From: Blastocatellia bacterium
GTDB taxonomy: Bacteria; Acidobacteriota; Blastocatellia; UBA7656
DNA length: 64,000 bases
Assembly (NCBI GenBank): GCA_035248905.1
Contig: DATFGX010000010.1
Location: forward strand, 175,468-239,467
Direction: 5' to 3'
This document shows, in pieces, positions 61,808-64,000 of the stretch. The position numbers were made by a program, and so were the translations under genes. How positions within the stretch are numbered: position 1 is the first letter of the stretch; every line of letters begins with the position of its first letter. The notes beneath the pieces were generated by a model, which did not search any database, had not been told where the DNA came from, and worked only from the letters and a program-made list of their open reading frames with translations.

Positions 61808-62973
61808 AGCAAATCTCCCGAAATGGATTTCACGTCGACGGGCGCGGCGGCACGGCGCTTTACCTTCGCGTCGCCCAGCTCGCCGTAGAGCTTCAGCCAG
61901 TCGCTTCTGACCGCCGCCCACCGATACTTTTCGCACACGCGCCGGGCGCGCCGGGCGATGGATAAAGCAAGCGCTTGATCTTCGAGCAAACGGATCGCGC
62001 CGCGCGCCATCGCTTCGTGATCGTTGCACTCGACCAGCAAGCCTGTCTCTGCGTGCGTGATGATGTAAGGAATGCCGCCGGCGTTGGTGCTGACTACGGC
62101 TAGCCCTGCGGCCATGCATTCGATGAGCGAGCTGGGCATATTGTCGAGGTCGTTAGCGTTCAGATAAATGTCAGCCGCGTCGAGCAGGTCAGGCATCTGC
62201 TGGTAATCTACCTTACCGATGAACCGCGTGTGCCGTAGACCGAGCTCGCCCGCGAGCCGTTCGAGCTTGCCGCGCTCTGTGCCGTCCGCGGCGATGGTCA
62301 GTTGCGCGTCGGGGTAACGCTGCTGGATGAGCGCAAAGGCGCGCAGCGTACAGGCGACGTTGTAGAGCGGCTCAAGCAGCCGCGCGCTGACGAACAGCGG
62401 GCGCATCGAGCCACGCTCGCGATAGCGGAAGCGCTCAAGCTCAATCGTGTTGAAAACCACGGTGGCCGGCAGATGGAAGCGCGCGAAGAGATCGGCCAGA
62501 TAAGCCGACGGCACGACGATGCGGTCGGCCCATCGCAAGGTGCGCACGGCACTCGGCCAGCGTGTGAGGTGGTCCGCGGCCTCACCGCTGCGATAGTTGA
62601 GAATGACTTTCTTGCCGTACAGCTTGCCTGCGAGCAGCGCCGGCACCGCCGACAGCAGGTACGAGTAATACGACGCAGTGAAGACGTGAATGATGTCGTA
62701 ACGCCATGCGCGAGCCAGCAGCATACAAAGATAAGCCAGCGTTGTGGCCAGCGTGCGAACGTAGCGAAGGCGTTGCAGCCACTTGAAGCCGCGCGGCAGT
62801 TGCGGGTTGTGCGGCTGGAAGGCGACCGTAAGCGTCGGCTCCTGGCGCAGCCGCTCGACGAGCCGCGCCGCCATCAACGCCTGGCCGCCATAGATTTCCA
62901 GCGACGGCGCAGCGATCAGCACGCGGATGCGCCGCCTGAGATCATTTCCCTTGTTGTTCGCTTCAGGCGTCAT
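61804..62973 (-). CDS. Glycosyltransferase family 4 (GT-B)
   Basis: RIRVLIAAPSLEIYGGQ N-terminus and a C-terminal GT1-type fold (NMPSSLIECMAAGLAVVSTNAGGIPYII.H..TGLLV). Confidence 0.85.
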   Translation of the reverse strand: MTPEANNKGNDLRRRIRVLIAAPSLEIYGGQALMAARLVERLRQEPTLTVAFQPHNPQLPRGFKWLQRLRYVRTLATTLAYLCMLLARAWRYDIIHVFTASYYSYLLSAVPALLAGKLYGKKVILNYRSGEAADHLTRWPSAVRTLRWADRIVVPSAYLADLFARFHLPATVVFNTIELERFRYRERGSMRPLFVSARLLEPLYNVACTLRAFALIQQRYPDAQLTIAADGTERGKLERLAGELGLRHTRFIGKVDYQQMPDLLDAADIYLNANDLDNMPSSLIECMAAGLAVVSTNAGGIPYIITHAETGLLVECNDHEAMARGAIRLLEDQALALSIARRARRVCEKYRWAAVRSDWLKLYGELGDAKVKRRAAAPVDVKSISGDLL

Positions 62974-62978
62974 TCTTA

Positions 62979-64000
62979 TTAATTGAGCTTAGCGGCCTCG
63001 CGTTGCACACGGTCAACCGGGCGCGCGACGCGGCGTAGGTTGGCTGCGAGCAACCGTTCGTAAAGCGCTGTGGTCGCCGCGAGCTGCGCGGCGCACGAGA
63101 ATCTTTGCTCGACGATCTGGCGGCCACGCTCGCCCATCGCTCGCGCCTGCTCCGCGTCGTCGAGCAGCGCCAGGATGTGCGCCGCCATCGCTTCGTCCGC
63201 GCCGGCGGGCACGACGTAACCTGACTCACCATCAACGACGGCTTCACGCGCGCCGCCCACGTCTGTGACGACGACGGGCCGCGCCGCCGCCATGTATTCG
63301 AGAATCGAATTCGCGAAGCCTTCGGCCTGCGAGCTGAGCACGCAAACGTCGGCAGCGGCCAGCAGCTCGGCGACACGTTCAGCGCGGCCAATGAAAAATG
63401 TTTCGTCGACAATGCCGAGTTGCGCGGCCAACACTTTCATCTCATCCGTCAGCTTGCCTTCGCCGGCGATGACGAAGCGCGCCGCAGGACACACCGCACG
63501 CACGCGGCGGGCGGCACGCAGAAAGGTCGGATGATCTTTGACGGCGTGGTGGAGATTGGCCACCAGGGTGACAAAACGCAGCTCCGGCGCGGTCGGCAAT
63601 CCAAAAGATGTGAGCGCCGCCGTGCGGTTGAACGCTTCGGGCACGCGCACGCGGTCAAGGTCGATGCCGTTATGCACGGTGACGACTTGGCGGTCGGCGA
63701 CGCCTTCGGCGATCAACTGCCGGCGCACGGCTTCAGAGTTGGCGACGATGGCGTGCGCGAAGCGGTAAGCCTGGCGCTCGACGATTCTTTGAGCCAGCGT
63801 GCGCCACCCCGTCGTCTCGCGCCGCGCCGCGATGCGCACGCGGACGCCGGCCAATCGCGCCGCCGCCATGCCGAAGATGTTCGAGTAAAAATCGTGCGTC
63901 TGAATTATGTCAATGCCACGCGTCTGCAAATGCAAAGCGAAGCGGCGCACCTGCATCAGCGCGTTGCGGTCATAAAAACTGGTGAGGCGATATTCGGGAA
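62979..64000 (-). CDS. Glycosyltransferase family 4 (5' end outside the window)
   Basis: EGFANSILEYMAAARPVVVTDVGGAREAVVDGESGYVV is a GT1 C-terminal signature. The reading frame stays open upstream of the first Met to the window edge. Confidence 0.8.
   Translation of the reverse strand, partial: PEYRLTSFYDRNALMQVRRFALHLQTRGIDIIQTHDFYSNIFGMAAARLAGVRVRIAARRETTGWRTLAQRIVERQAYRFAHAIVANSEAVRRQLIAEGVADRQVVTVHNGIDLDRVRVPEAFNRTAALTSFGLPTAPELRFVTLVANLHHAVKDHPTFLRAARRVRAVCPAARFVIAGEGKLTDEMKVLAAQLGIVDETFFIGRAERVAELLAAADVCVLSSQAEGFANSILEYMAAARPVVVTDVGGAREAVVDGESGYVVPAGADEAMAAHILALLDDAEQARAMGERGRQIVEQRFSCAAQLAATTALYERLLAANLRRVARPVDRVQREAAKLN

Noticed and set aside
60998-62119. Full 373-aa ORF for the FkbM methyltransferase.
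   Set aside because: The N-terminal ~100 aa are Arg-rich, overlap the upstream glycosyltransferase gene, and lack homology features. GTG at 61807, with a GGGAGA RBS and a GTGA stop/start overlap, gives a normal-sized FkbM protein.

Overview
This is a high-GC (roughly 65%) bacterial chromosomal segment. It looks most like an Acidobacteria-type diderm, based on a TonB-dependent receptor with an N-terminal carboxypeptidase-regulatory-like domain and an acidobacterial-style VWFA protein; this assignment is inference only. I support about 50 genes:
- a TetR/HlyD/ABC efflux operon;
- one uninterrupted 2229-aa ORF that fuses a TamB/AsmA-like, inner-membrane-anchored module to a POTRA + Omp85 outer-membrane barrel;
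- a cluster of three PAS/GAF hybrid histidine kinases plus a CheY-like regulator;
- housekeeping and envelope genes: UvrD-like helicase, PAP2, epimerase, M20D amidohydrolase, S8 protease, a PlsC-CdsA-CDP-alcohol transferase lipid operon, FKBP, truncated globin, LytTR regulator, TonB receptor, PilZ, PdxH and YbaK;
- one intact-looking IS630-family element;
- an exopolysaccharide locus: ExeA-like ATPase, degenerate Ser/Thr pseudokinase, nucleotide-sugar dehydrogenase, GT4 glycosyltransferases, AsnB-like amidotransferase, heparinase II/III-like protein and FkbM/SAM methyltransferases.

The non-coding layer is the most unusual part. It contains seven intergenic hairpins whose arms are tandem 7-10 nt units, with the same architecture but different unit sequences. 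They sit at 3' ends, inside an operon, and directly against start codons. There are also two copies of a 99-bp palindromic REP/MITE-like element, a perfect 20-bp TetR-type operator, and a 540-nt ORF-free region with two plus-strand intrinsic terminators that may encode small RNAs.

I recognised no rRNA, tRNA, CRISPR array or known defence system. All functional calls rest on motifs read by eye from the translations; no database search was possible.
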